A DNA stretch of 64,000 nt, from the IMG/VR virus record IMGVR_UViG_3300044637_002122; one strand, written 5' to 3'. The position numbers and the translations under genes are program-made. The notes beneath the pieces are model-generated. The model was given only the letters and a program-made list of their open reading frames with translations. It searched no databases and had not been told where the DNA came from. This DNA comes from an uncultured virus (IMG/VR IMGVR_UViG_3300044637_002122) (Duplodnaviria > Heunggongvirae > Uroviricota > Caudoviricetes). Shown here piece by piece: positions 1 through 9,800 of the stretch (position 1 is its first letter; every line of letters begins with the position of its first letter).

Positions 1-3000
1 CCGGAAGCGGTGACCTTGCTGCGCTTGAACCAGGCCCTGAACTCCGGCGTCTCGGTGCGCGGGTCGCGCTCGCGGCTCAGCCGCGCATCGCCTGCCCCCG
101 ACTTATCAACCACCACCTTGGCCGGGAACGACTTTTTCCCAATGTGCTGCAGGGCGTCAAAGCGATGGGCGCCTTCAAGGATGTAATGGTCCTCGCCATC
201 AAACACCACGATCAGCGGCGCTATCTCGCCAGACTCCTCAATGTCTGCTGCCAGCTTGCGGGTGCGTGCCGTCTGGGGGTCTGGGCCGCTAAAGAGGTCA
301 AACGGAACTTCGCGGATCCCTGGCAGGACTTCGTAGTTAGTCAGGGACGCTTCAATGCTCCCATAGTTCGGCACGCCGTCACGCACAACGAGGCCATCAA
401 CTTTGTCGCCGGCCATTGGCAGGGCGATGGCCCTCTCGCGGCTGAACAGCGGCATGCCGCCGGAGGCCTTGTCGCGCATCTCGTCGGTGATGAGGAAGGC
501 CGGCGCGATGACGGGGTCGCTGTCGGCGATCTTGACCATCTCCGCCTTTGCCTCTGCCCTTGTCGCGTGGCCGGAGGAGACCTGCTCTCCGGTGGCGCGC
601 CAGATGACGGCATAGCCGCCATTGCCGTCGTCGCCAACGCGGTAAGAGTCGAGGGGCGTCGCGTCGGCGCCCGGCAGCGTGACCTTGGTCATCCCCTCCC
701 CGCCCATCTTCTTCACCAGCGCACTGGCGGCCTGGGGGACGATCTTGTCGTAGAAGGCCTTCATGCCTTCGCCGCCGACTTTGAGGTCGAGGCCGCGGTA
801 CGTGGCCGTCCATCGCTTGCCACGCTCGGCAACGATCTTCTTGGCGATCTCCTTTCCGACGTAGTCCTCCAGGCGGCCCTCGGGCACGTCGTCGGCGATC
901 TTTTGGGAGACGCCGTCGATTCGGTTTCGAGCTGTCAGGGAATACTTGTCATCTGACCTTGACCAGACGAGCTCGTCGACCTGCTTGCTCAGGTCATACC
1001 GATCCGCGCTCTGCTCCCCATTCACAAACGCCACCGCGTCGTAGCCTTCTGTGGCGGCCATCGCGATGACGCGCTTCAGGGCGAGGTTGAGCCACTTGGT
1101 GGTGTCGTCGATGAACGGCATGCGCGGCACGCCACCGCTGTTGATCTTCTTCTCGCGGACGATGTACTCGCGCGCAGCCTGCTCGCTGGCGTGCCGCGAC
1201 TTCGGGATCTGGAAGACGTTGTCGGGGGTCTTGAGGTAGTAGAAGGTGTCGGGCAGCGGTCCGTCGGTCGGCTGCACGTCTTCGAGCTTGTAGCTGTCGA
1301 TGAAGCCTTTCTTGCGAACATCGGCGCCTGCGTCGGACTGGAGCTCTTCCACGAACAACGTGCGCCGGCCCTCGGCATCAACTCGATCGTTAAGGCGGAC
1401 GTGGGCGAGGACGTTCTTCTGGTCCCAGTGGCTACTCCTGTAGCTGGCAGGCTCCGTGAACTGCATCATGGCGAGCAGAGAGCGAACGCCTGCGCGGGCC
1501 TCCTCCTCTGTGTCGCCAACGCCTCGCAGCTCGCGGCCGCCGGGCGTCTTGTAGGTGGCCTCAAAGTCGTATACGCCGGTGTCCTTGCGGCGAACCACGA
1601 TGTCCTTCTCGTAGGGCGAAAGGTCGCGCTTCGGCTCCGGCAGCGTCAGCAGCACCTCCCTGTAGGCAGTGCCGCCGGGGAGGGTGTATTGGCTAAAGTC
1701 GCTGACGCCGATGCTTTTGCCAACCGGGGATGTCACCTCCTCCACCCGCACCCCACCCTCTGCCAGGTACGCGCCGATCTCCTCCTTCGAGACCTTCTCC
1801 TTGCCCTTGAGCCTGAGGAAGTCTTCGATGCCGGACCAGGTGATCTCGTCCTGCTTCACGCCGAGCTTGCTGGCGTTGGCCTTGAGCCACTGGGCCCACT
1901 GCGGGGCGGCCATGTTGTCCAGGCGCGCGGGGACGCCTTCGATGGCGCGGGCGAGTTGGCTGTAGTACCAGGGGCGCTCGGTGGAGCGGATGATCTGCGG
2001 CCCTTCGTCGGCGTCATACAGCTCGAACGCCGGCACCGACGAGAGGCCAGCCCTCTTTGCCGCCTCGACGCGGTGATTGCCGTCAAGGATGTTGCCCTCG
2101 GAGTCGATGAAAATAGGCGGAATCTTGCTGTCAAATGGGCTCTCGTTAAACATGGCGACGACAAGCTCATCGACCCTGCCCTCGTCGACATCATTGCTTG
2201 GCTCTAGTGTGCCGACGTCGACCATTTCGTAGTCGCGCGTAAGTCTCTGGCCAAAATCAACGCCGAAGCTGGTTCTGAATTGCTCGCGCGCGCGACGCAA
2301 TGTGCTGTCAAGGTAGGCGCCGCCGAAGTTGGCGTCGCGCTCGGCGGAGCGGCGGATGTCCCGCCCCGCGTCGCCTTGGCTCAGCCCATCATCCCCGCGC
2401 ACCGTCAGAAGCGCAGGGTCGTCGAAGACGTACGACATCGACCAGCCGCCACCCGGCACAGGGTCTGGGAACGCGACCGCGTCGTAGCCCGCCGCGAACA
2501 GCTCGTCCATCAGGGCGTCTTGGAATCGGCTGTTGGCCCCGTACAGCTCTCCGGTTGCGCCGGTCACCGTCTCAAGGAAGGTGTCGAAGTCCTCGTACCC
2601 GTAGTCCTCGCCGATGTCGGCGAACACGCGGCGCAGCGCCTTGGTCTCGCGCGGGCCGATGTCTTCCGGGCCGAGCCAAAGCATGTTCTTGGGCTTGGCC
2701 TCAACGCGCATCAGCTTGTCGCCGTACTTGCGCGCGGTCTCCTCTTGGTCTGTTAGGTAGATGTGCTTCGCGGTGCGTGCTTTGGTCTTGTCGAACTGCT
2801 TGATTTCGACGTCGCTGCCGTGGTACAGGCGGATGGGCTCGCCGCCTGCGAGCTTGCGCTCTACGCTGCGGCGGATGTCGGGGTCGTTGGGGTCGAAGGT
2901 GCCGCGGTTGCCGGTGGCGCTCTTGATCTGCTCTGGGCGGAAGGCGACGTACTGATCCTGCACGCCACCAGCATCGTAGTGATTTTTCAGAATCACCCCA

Positions 3001-3797
3001 TCGTGGCCGCCATCGCGTGCGCGCTTGATCGCTGCAACGCGCCCTAGCCGGTCGCCCTTAAAGTCCACGACAAGCGGGTTCTGTAGCGACAGGAAAACCG
3101 GCATCACGCTGCCAATCTCGGGAGCGTTGAAGTTTCCTTCCGGATCAACGCCAGCGTAGGCAGCAGCCACAGCGGGGTCTGGAGAAAAGAAGATGCCGCG
3201 CTCGCCAGAAGCCTTGTTCAAGCCGGTCTTGAACGCATCAAAGTCCGCATTGGTCCCGTGGTACACAACCAGCGGCCTACCATCGGCGCCCACCACCTTG
3301 CTGTCGCCAAACCAGCGCTTGAACTCAGGCGTCTCCGTGACGTCGCGCGCGCGGCTAGCTCGGGCGCCGCCGCGTTCGTCGATCACCGGCACCAGCTTGA
3401 TGCCAAGCTCCTTGGCGGCCACCGCCCGATGCCTGCCATCCTCTTTGCCATCGCTGCGGATGTGCAGAGGGTCGAGCTTGCGCCCCGACAGGATGTGCTG
3501 CTTCAGGTCTTCGATGTTGTCGCGAGATGCGCCGTCGATGTCCAGCGGGCGCACGCTGGCCAAGAACTCGTCGGGAGACATCATCCGCGGCTTGATGCCG
3601 GTTTCTTCGTAGCGCTCGCCGGCCGGCGCCAGTGGGTACTGCAAATCACGCTCGGCGCTCGACCGCGCATCATTCGCCGCCCCCCGCAGGTACTCCAGCC
3701 CACCCGCCACGAGCCAGGCCTTGAAGGCCGCTTGGCCGGTAAGGACGGTCTTCTTGCCATCGGGGGCGGTGAAGCTGTAGGTGCAGGTCTGTGCCAT
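1..3797 (-). CDS. Giant polyvalent virion/ejection protein 2 (>1265 aa, runs off left edge): ParB-like / ART / ART / ParB-like / large conserved polyvalent-type domain / ParB-like / ART(start)
   Basis: Absent from the ORF track because no stop occurs in the window. Manual translation from ATG at 3797 (MAQTCTYSF...) stays open to base 1. ParB/Srx-like motifs: DGRHRAVAA, LDGNHRVEAA, LEGAHRFDAL. ART-PolyVal-like motifs: TPEFKRWFGDSKVV..PLVVYHGT..GIFFS..QNP..FRPEQIKS and LYHGS..HIYLT..GYDAV. Confidence 0.88.
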   Translation of the reverse strand, partial: MAQTCTYSFTAPDGKKTVLTGQAAFKAWLVAGGLEYLRGAANDARSSAERDLQYPLAPAGERYEETGIKPRMMSPDEFLASVRPLDIDGASRDNIEDLKQHILSGRKLDPLHIRSDGKEDGRHRAVAAKELGIKLVPVIDERGGARASRARDVTETPEFKRWFGDSKVVGADGRPLVVYHGTNADFDAFKTGLNKASGERGIFFSPDPAVAAAYAGVDPEGNFNAPEIGSVMPVFLSLQNPLVVDFKGDRLGRVAAIKRARDGGHDGVILKNHYDAGGVQDQYVAFRPEQIKSATGNRGTFDPNDPDIRRSVERKLAGGEPIRLYHGSDVEIKQFDKTKARTAKHIYLTDQEETARKYGDKLMRVEAKPKNMLWLGPEDIGPRETKALRRVFADIGEDYGYEDFDTFLETVTGATGELYGANSRFQDALMDELFAAGYDAVAFPDPVPGGGWSMSYVFDDPALLTVRGDDGLSQGDAGRDIRRSAERDANFGGAYLDSTLRRAREQFRTSFGVDFGQRLTRDYEMVDVGTLEPSNDVDEGRVDELVVAMFNESPFDSKIPPIFIDSEGNILDGNHRVEAAKRAGLSSVPAFELYDADEGPQIIRSTERPWYYSQLARAIEGVPARLDNMAAPQWAQWLKANASKLGVKQDEITWSGIEDFLRLKGKEKVSKEEIGAYLAEGGVRVEEVTSPVGKSIGVSDFSQYTLPGGTAYREVLLTLPEPKRDLSPYEKDIVVRRKDTGVYDFEATYKTPGGRELRGVGDTEEEARAGVRSLLAMMQFTEPASYRSSHWDQKNVLAHVRLNDRVDAEGRRTLFVEELQSDAGADVRKKGFIDSYKLEDVQPTDGPLPDTFYYLKTPDNVFQIPKSRHASEQAAREYIVREKKINSGGVPRMPFIDDTTKWLNLALKRVIAMAATEGYDAVAFVNGEQSADRYDLSKQVDELVWSRSDDKYSLTARNRIDGVSQKIADDVPEGRLEDYVGKEIAKKIVAERGKRWTATYRGLDLKVGGEGMKAFYDKIVPQAASALVKKMGGEGMTKVTLPGADATPLDSYRVGDDGNGGYAVIWRATGEQVSSGHATRAEAKAEMVKIADSDPVIAPAFLITDEMRDKASGGMPLFSRERAIALPMAGDKVDGLVVRDGVPNYGSIEASLTNYEVLPGIREVPFDLFSGPDPQTARTRKLAADIEESGEIAPLIVVFDGEDHYILEGAHRFDALQHIGKKSFPAKVVVDKSGAGDARLSRERDPRTETPEFRAWFKRSKVTAS

Positions 3798-3800
3798 GGA

Positions 3801-6800
3801 TTAGTCGCAGTTGATGCCCAGAACTTGTGACGTCTCAAGCTCGTCGAGGATGTCCAAGAAGTCGCGCTCGATCTCTTGGATTTTGGCCGAAAGCGGGTGC
3901 GCCGCGGCGGCCGCCTTTGCGGACTTGCGGGCCCCGGGAGAGCTGCGCATGTCTTCGAAGATCTTCACCAGGTCGGCGGGCGGCGAAGGCGGCGCAGACG
4001 GGCCTTGAACCGCATCCTCGGCGCGGCCCTCGGTCCAGGTCCAATCGGGCATGAGACCGGTCTTCTGATCGGCGAAGACCGTGTCCGCGACCTTGGCCGT
4101 GCGGTTCTTTTCGCCGTGGGGGCCGTAGTTCAAGAACGAATTCTGGCCGCGGGTCTCGCTGGTGATGGCGCCCACCGCGGGGCCCGTGAAGAGCCGGACG
4201 TGGGCCTGCCAGGCGTTTTCTTCTCCGTCGGCGCGGAAGCCGGCGCCCTCCAGGCCGTGACCGAAGGCGTCATGAACTGCCCTGAACAAATCGTTGACCA
4301 GCACGCGCTTCTTCTGGCCGTCCGGCGAGCCGAAGCCCCACTCCAGGCCGGCGTCGGCCAGTAGCGGGTTGGCCGCAGGGTCGAAGTCGCTCGTGCCGAA
4401 GCCGGCCGCGGTCGGGAAGACGGCCATGCGCTGGTTGGCGCGCAGGTCGCGCATCGCGTTCCACGGGTTGCCGGCGTACGGGTCGGCTTCCGGGTCCATG
4501 AACCAGAACTTGTAGCCCGCGCCCACCAGGGCGTCGTACTGCGCGCGCGTCTGCTGGATGAGGTCTTGGTACGCAGCCTTGACCGCGGGGTCTTGCGGCG
4601 CGTGCGGCATCGCGTCGTAGGCCTCGGCGATGCGCTTGGCGCGCTCGGGGTCGACCTTGACGTACTCCGCCTGGCGACGGAGCTGGATGCCCCTGCTGGC
4701 GGCGTACCGCTCGGCTACTTCGACGAGTCGCGGGTCGGGGCCGGTTGCGCCTGCGATAGACGGCGCGCCCGCAAGCGGCGCAAGGCTTCGGCCCTCATCC
4801 CCTCGCTCTCCGTCTCGGGCTCGGCTGCGGCGCGCAGAGGCGCCGGCACGCCGGCCAGAATCTCCGCCGTCAGCCGCGGAATCCCCTGCGGGTACTCCAT
4901 CCGCAGCCAGGTCTCCATCGTCAGCGGCCGGTTCATCTTCAACATACGCGCCAGGGTCGCGTCCCGCCCAGCTAGGGGCTTCAATGCCTCCAGCAAGTTC
5001 GAGGACTTGTTTTCGGGCGTTTTCATAACTCAGGCGTCCTTTCTGGAATTGGGTCCACACGCCGTCGACTGCTTCGACGTTGCGCCGCTGGGCCTTGAAG
5101 GTGGGCACGAACAGGCCGCGCACAGCCTCCCAGGCGATCGACTGCATCTCACGCGGCAGGATGCCACGCTCTGCGGCTGCGCGGCGGTAGGCTTCCTCGT
5201 AGAGTGCGTACGTCCCTTCGAGGCCTGCGTGCGCGCTCTTCGGGCCGCCGAAGTTGTGCATCACCTCGATCGAATTGCCAGAAAGCGGTCGCAGCAGCGC
5301 GGCCGCCACAGCGTGCGTGTCGATCGTGACGTGCCCGTTCGGGCTGTTCGGCACGAGGATGTTGTTGTAGAAGTTGCGAACCTTGTGCTTGCGGCCAAGC
5401 TGCGCGCTGATGTTCTCAAACGACCCGTTGTCGAAGACAGAGACAGCCTTCGCGATGGTGCTGTTGCCGCCCCACGCGACGCGGCCGAGCGTGCCGTCCT
5501 TCGTGCGCGCCTCGGCCACGAAGTCACCCTCCGGCGAGACGATGTAGAACGAACTCGGGTTGTGAGCCTGGTCGTAGACGCGGAGCCACATCGCGCGCAG
5601 GTAGGCGTCATCAAGGTCCTGCAGCGTCTGGCCGCGGATCGCGTCGATGTCCTCCTGGTAGGCCTCTTTGCCGAAGATCCTGGCGGAGGTCTCGTCCATC
5701 TGCTTCGACCAGCGGAAGGCCTGCCGGTCGGTCATGATGTCCGCTACGCGGTTGGCCAGGCTCACATTCATGAACCAGTCCTTCTGCGGACTCAGCACGG
5801 CCAGGATGCCGGCAGCCTGCGCGTCGCTGATGCTGTACTTACGAGACCAGCGCTCGGCGATCGCCCTGGCGCCGTCGTACCACAGCTTGCTGCGGTTGCG
5901 CGTGTCGGCTGGCACCTGGTCGTGCAGCCACAGCAGGTTCTCGACCATCTGGCGAACCGTGCGCTCGAGCTTCTTCTCGGGCGCGTTGGCGGTCGCGGCG
6001 GCGCGGTAGTTCGGGTAGCCTTCGACCAGCTCCGACACGGCTGAGAGCCACTTGCTCTGGCCAAGGCCCGAGGCAAAGTCGCTGATCAGCAGGTCGCGTC
6101 GAGAGTCTTCTGGCGCGAAGTCCTTCGTCGGCTTGGCGTACGGCTCGCGCGTGCTGACTTCAAATCCGTGCACACGCTCACGCGGCTCGCGCGCAACGCT
6201 GCGCGTGATGTCCGGATCGGTGGCGTCGAAGGTGCCGCGGTTAAAGACGGACTTAATCTGCTCGGGGCGGAATGCGAGGTATGTGACTCGCCCCCCTCCC
6301 TCATTTGCGATCACTCCGTCGTACCCGAGCGGGCTCAGCTGCTCTTCAGTCGAAAGCCCTGGCCGGTCATTGTTGGCCTGAGCCATGATGGCCCTGCCCT
6401 CCGGCGTGTTCACGTCGAGAGGGTTTTGCAGCGCGAGGTAGACGGGGTAGACGGTGTCCCCTCGTCCGCCGCCGCCCTCCTCGGCAAATTGACTAGCCAG
6501 CCCTGGGGACTCAGAGAACCAGCCGGCCCCATCAACTCCCCGCCTGAAACTTCGGATGTTTGGAGAGCCGCTGCCGTGGTACACCGCCAGAGGCCGGCCC
6601 CGGCTGTCCGCCACCTTCGAGTTGCCGAACCAGCGCTTGAACTCGGGCGCCTCAGTTACGTCGCGAACAGCGCTGCGGCGGATGTCATCCTCATCGGCGC
6701 TGTACGTGCTGTCGTTGAAGTCGGCGCTCTTGACCTGGTTGGGCTCGAAAGCCACGAAGACGTCGGATGCCTCGTACCAGCCGCCGCCGCCACCGCCATC

Positions 6801-9800
6801 GTCCGTCACCTGGCGAATGATGGCGCCGTCGTTCTTGCTGCGACGAGCTTCGCGCACCACGCTGTCAGTGGTCTCGTAGTGATCCTGGGCCGGCTCGATG
6901 TTGCCGCCCTTGCTCATTACCAGAGAAAAGGCGTCGTCGCGGTCTTCGAAGTAGCCGCGGCCGTCGTCGGCGTAGAGCTGCTCGCCGTCGTCGTCGACGA
7001 CCATGTACTGGCCGTTGCGGCTGCCGTCCCAGTTGGCGCCCTCGAAGTCAGACTCTTGCGGGTTGCGGATGTTGATGAAGAGGGCGTAGATGCCAGCCAC
7101 CGGGTCGCGATACTCGCCGTCCTCCTCGATGTCGCCAGGGCCAATGTCGCGCGCGCGGCCGCGGTGCACGTATGTGCGCGCCACGCCTCGCTCGTCAGTC
7201 GTGAAGATGCCAAGGTCTCCGCGCTGGCTTCCGCCGGGCCGCGAGAACTCGCTGAAGCCGCCCTTGTCGGTGCCGTGGTAAACGACCAGCGGCTCGCCGT
7301 TGCGGCCGACGACCTTGGAGACCTCGCCCTTGTCGTCGGCCCAGACCCCGCCTCGGCGGCCGGCGAACTTCTCAAAGTCGCCAAACCACTTCTTGAAGCT
7401 CGGCGTACGAACGTGCAGCCACTGGCGTTCAGTCAAGCGCGTAGCGGTGCCGTCTGGCGCCTTGAGCCACTTGTCGGTGCCCTCGTACTGCTTGCGCACC
7501 GCGGCCACCTCTTCGGCCGGCGTCGACAGGCGCTCCTTGCTGAAGCGCAGGTCGGAGCCGATGCGCGCCATCTCGGCGTTGGCCTGTTCGCGGCTGTCGG
7601 CCGGGAAGCGCAGCATGCCCGCGCGCAGCGTGGCGCCAGGGATGTTGCCCACATCGATGAGGTCGATCTCCTTCGAGCTCGGAGCGGCCTTGATGGTCTC
7701 GGGCACACCGGTCGAGATCGGGCCGGCGATCTTCGGGTTCGCGATGGGCTTGGCCGGCATGCTCTTGGCCGCGTCGCCGATGACGACCGCGAAGCCCTGC
7801 CCGGTCTCGTGCTTCTTGACAAAGTAGCCCGCGTAGCCGGCATCGAGGATGCGGCTCTCGGTGCCGTTCAGGTCGCCGCTGTTCCAGAGCTTCTCGGCGT
7901 TGGCCTTGGCGTCGTAGAGCTTCGGCAGCTCGACCTCGTGCGCGTAGCCGCCGACGCCAGCCTCGGGGCGCACGCCATTGCCCTCGTCCACGTAGAAGTA
8001 GACGCGGGTCTTGAGGCGCGGGTCATCGCTCAGCGCCAGGCGCTCGGCCTCGAGGCCCTTCAGGCCGGTGCCGTAGTAGGCGCCGTTGATGGCGGTGAGC
8101 TGCTTCTTGCTGAAGTGGATGCCGCGCTCGGGGGACTTGGTGACCTCACTGTCGTCCACGGGCGTGACATGACTGCCATCCGGCACCACGACAGAGATAC
8201 TGCCGCTGTCTTCAGCGACATTGCTGTAGTAGTAGCCGCGACGAGCCGTTCCGCGCTTCTTGGCTGCGGACATGTACCCATTGGCCTTGAAGTCCTCATG
8301 CGGCTGGAACTTGAAATTCGACATCTCAGTGTTGAGTCTGAAAGGGCGAACACTGGGGCGAACGCTCATTGGCATTGGCGTGCCGTCGGCATACTTCAAC
8401 TCAACTTGCGGCAGGTAGTCTTCATCCGGGACCGGGTTGCCTCGCGAACCGGCGTTTAGGCCGGTGGTCAGGAAGTAGCCGCGCTCCTCTTGCAGGCGCT
8501 TGAGCGTCTTCTTTCCAGCCAGAAGGGTTGACCCATACTCTCGGGCGCCGTCCCACTCTCCGGTCGCTGGAACTCCAATTCGAGCCTCTAGCGCCTGCGT
8601 TGCGGCGAGCTTGGTTCCAAGGTGAAGGCCAGTTGAACCGCCCCTTAAGTCGCCGCTTGGAGACCCGTGCCAATAAATCGTTTTGTCGTCGGTCTTTCGG
8701 GCCGGACTCATGGACACGCCATTTACCGAGCGCAGCACCTCCGCCTGCATCCCGGCCTTCGACTTGCCGCTCTCCTTGAGGTAAGCCGCCAGGCCGTCGC
8801 GGTAGGCCGCCCTGATGGCATCCATGTCGCTGATGAAGCGGTCTGCGCGGAAGCGCGGGCCCTTCACTGCGGCCACGGCCATGTCGATCAGGCCCTGCAG
8901 CTGCGCGATCAGGCGGGCGATGGTGCCCTTGGCGTCCTTGCCGTTGTCGGCATAGATTTTTGCGAATACTTCGCGCCAGAAGGACTGATCGGCCATCAAG
9001 TTGCCGCCGAGGTCGGAGACCAGCTCCTCGAGCTCGCCGTCGCGCTCTTCGCTCAGCGCACCGTCGCCGCGGGCATCGGCCTCTTCGGCGCCGTAGTAGT
9101 CGCGGCGGAAGCCCTTGGGGTTCTTCACGCGCGTCTTCACGACAGCCGCGATGGCGTCCCAGGCCTGCGGGTTGGTCTGGCGCAGCGTGTGCAGGAACTC
9201 GTGCCCGAAGACGGACAGCGGGTTGATCGTCGACACCGTGTTCAGGTAGATGGTGTCGGGGTCGGCTGGCCTCACGAAGCCGTCGCCCGGGCGCTCGCCG
9301 TTGACGTCTTCGAAGAACTGCACGCGCTTGCCCATCGCCGCGCCGATGGCGCTGATGAGTGCTGCGGACTTGCGGCTGATGCGGCGGGCCTTGCCATCGC
9401 GCTCGGGCGATTCGGTCTCGGCGAGCTGCGACACGTCGGCCCGCTTGAACTCGACGTTCTTGCCGTCCATGCGGACGGTGAAGGTGGTGCCAGGCGCGCG
9501 GTCGGGATCGACGGAAAGTGCCGGCGTTACGCCGGCTTGATTAGCGCCTGACGCAACTCCATCCCCTTGTCCAGGCGCTTCCGCAGCGTATCGGGATGAA
9601 TCCCCACCTTGCGCGCCCACGCCTTGAGTGGAAGCGTCTCGCCGTCCAGAGTTAGGTTGCGCGGAGGCGCCCCCCGAGGCATCAAGCCGGGCTCGAGGGC
9701 TTCGCTCGCCGAAAGGCCCTGCTGCACCCTCTTGTAGATCCGACCGGCCGGAATTCCCAGCTCGCGAGCCCACTCCGCCAATGTCATCGTCTTGCCGCGG

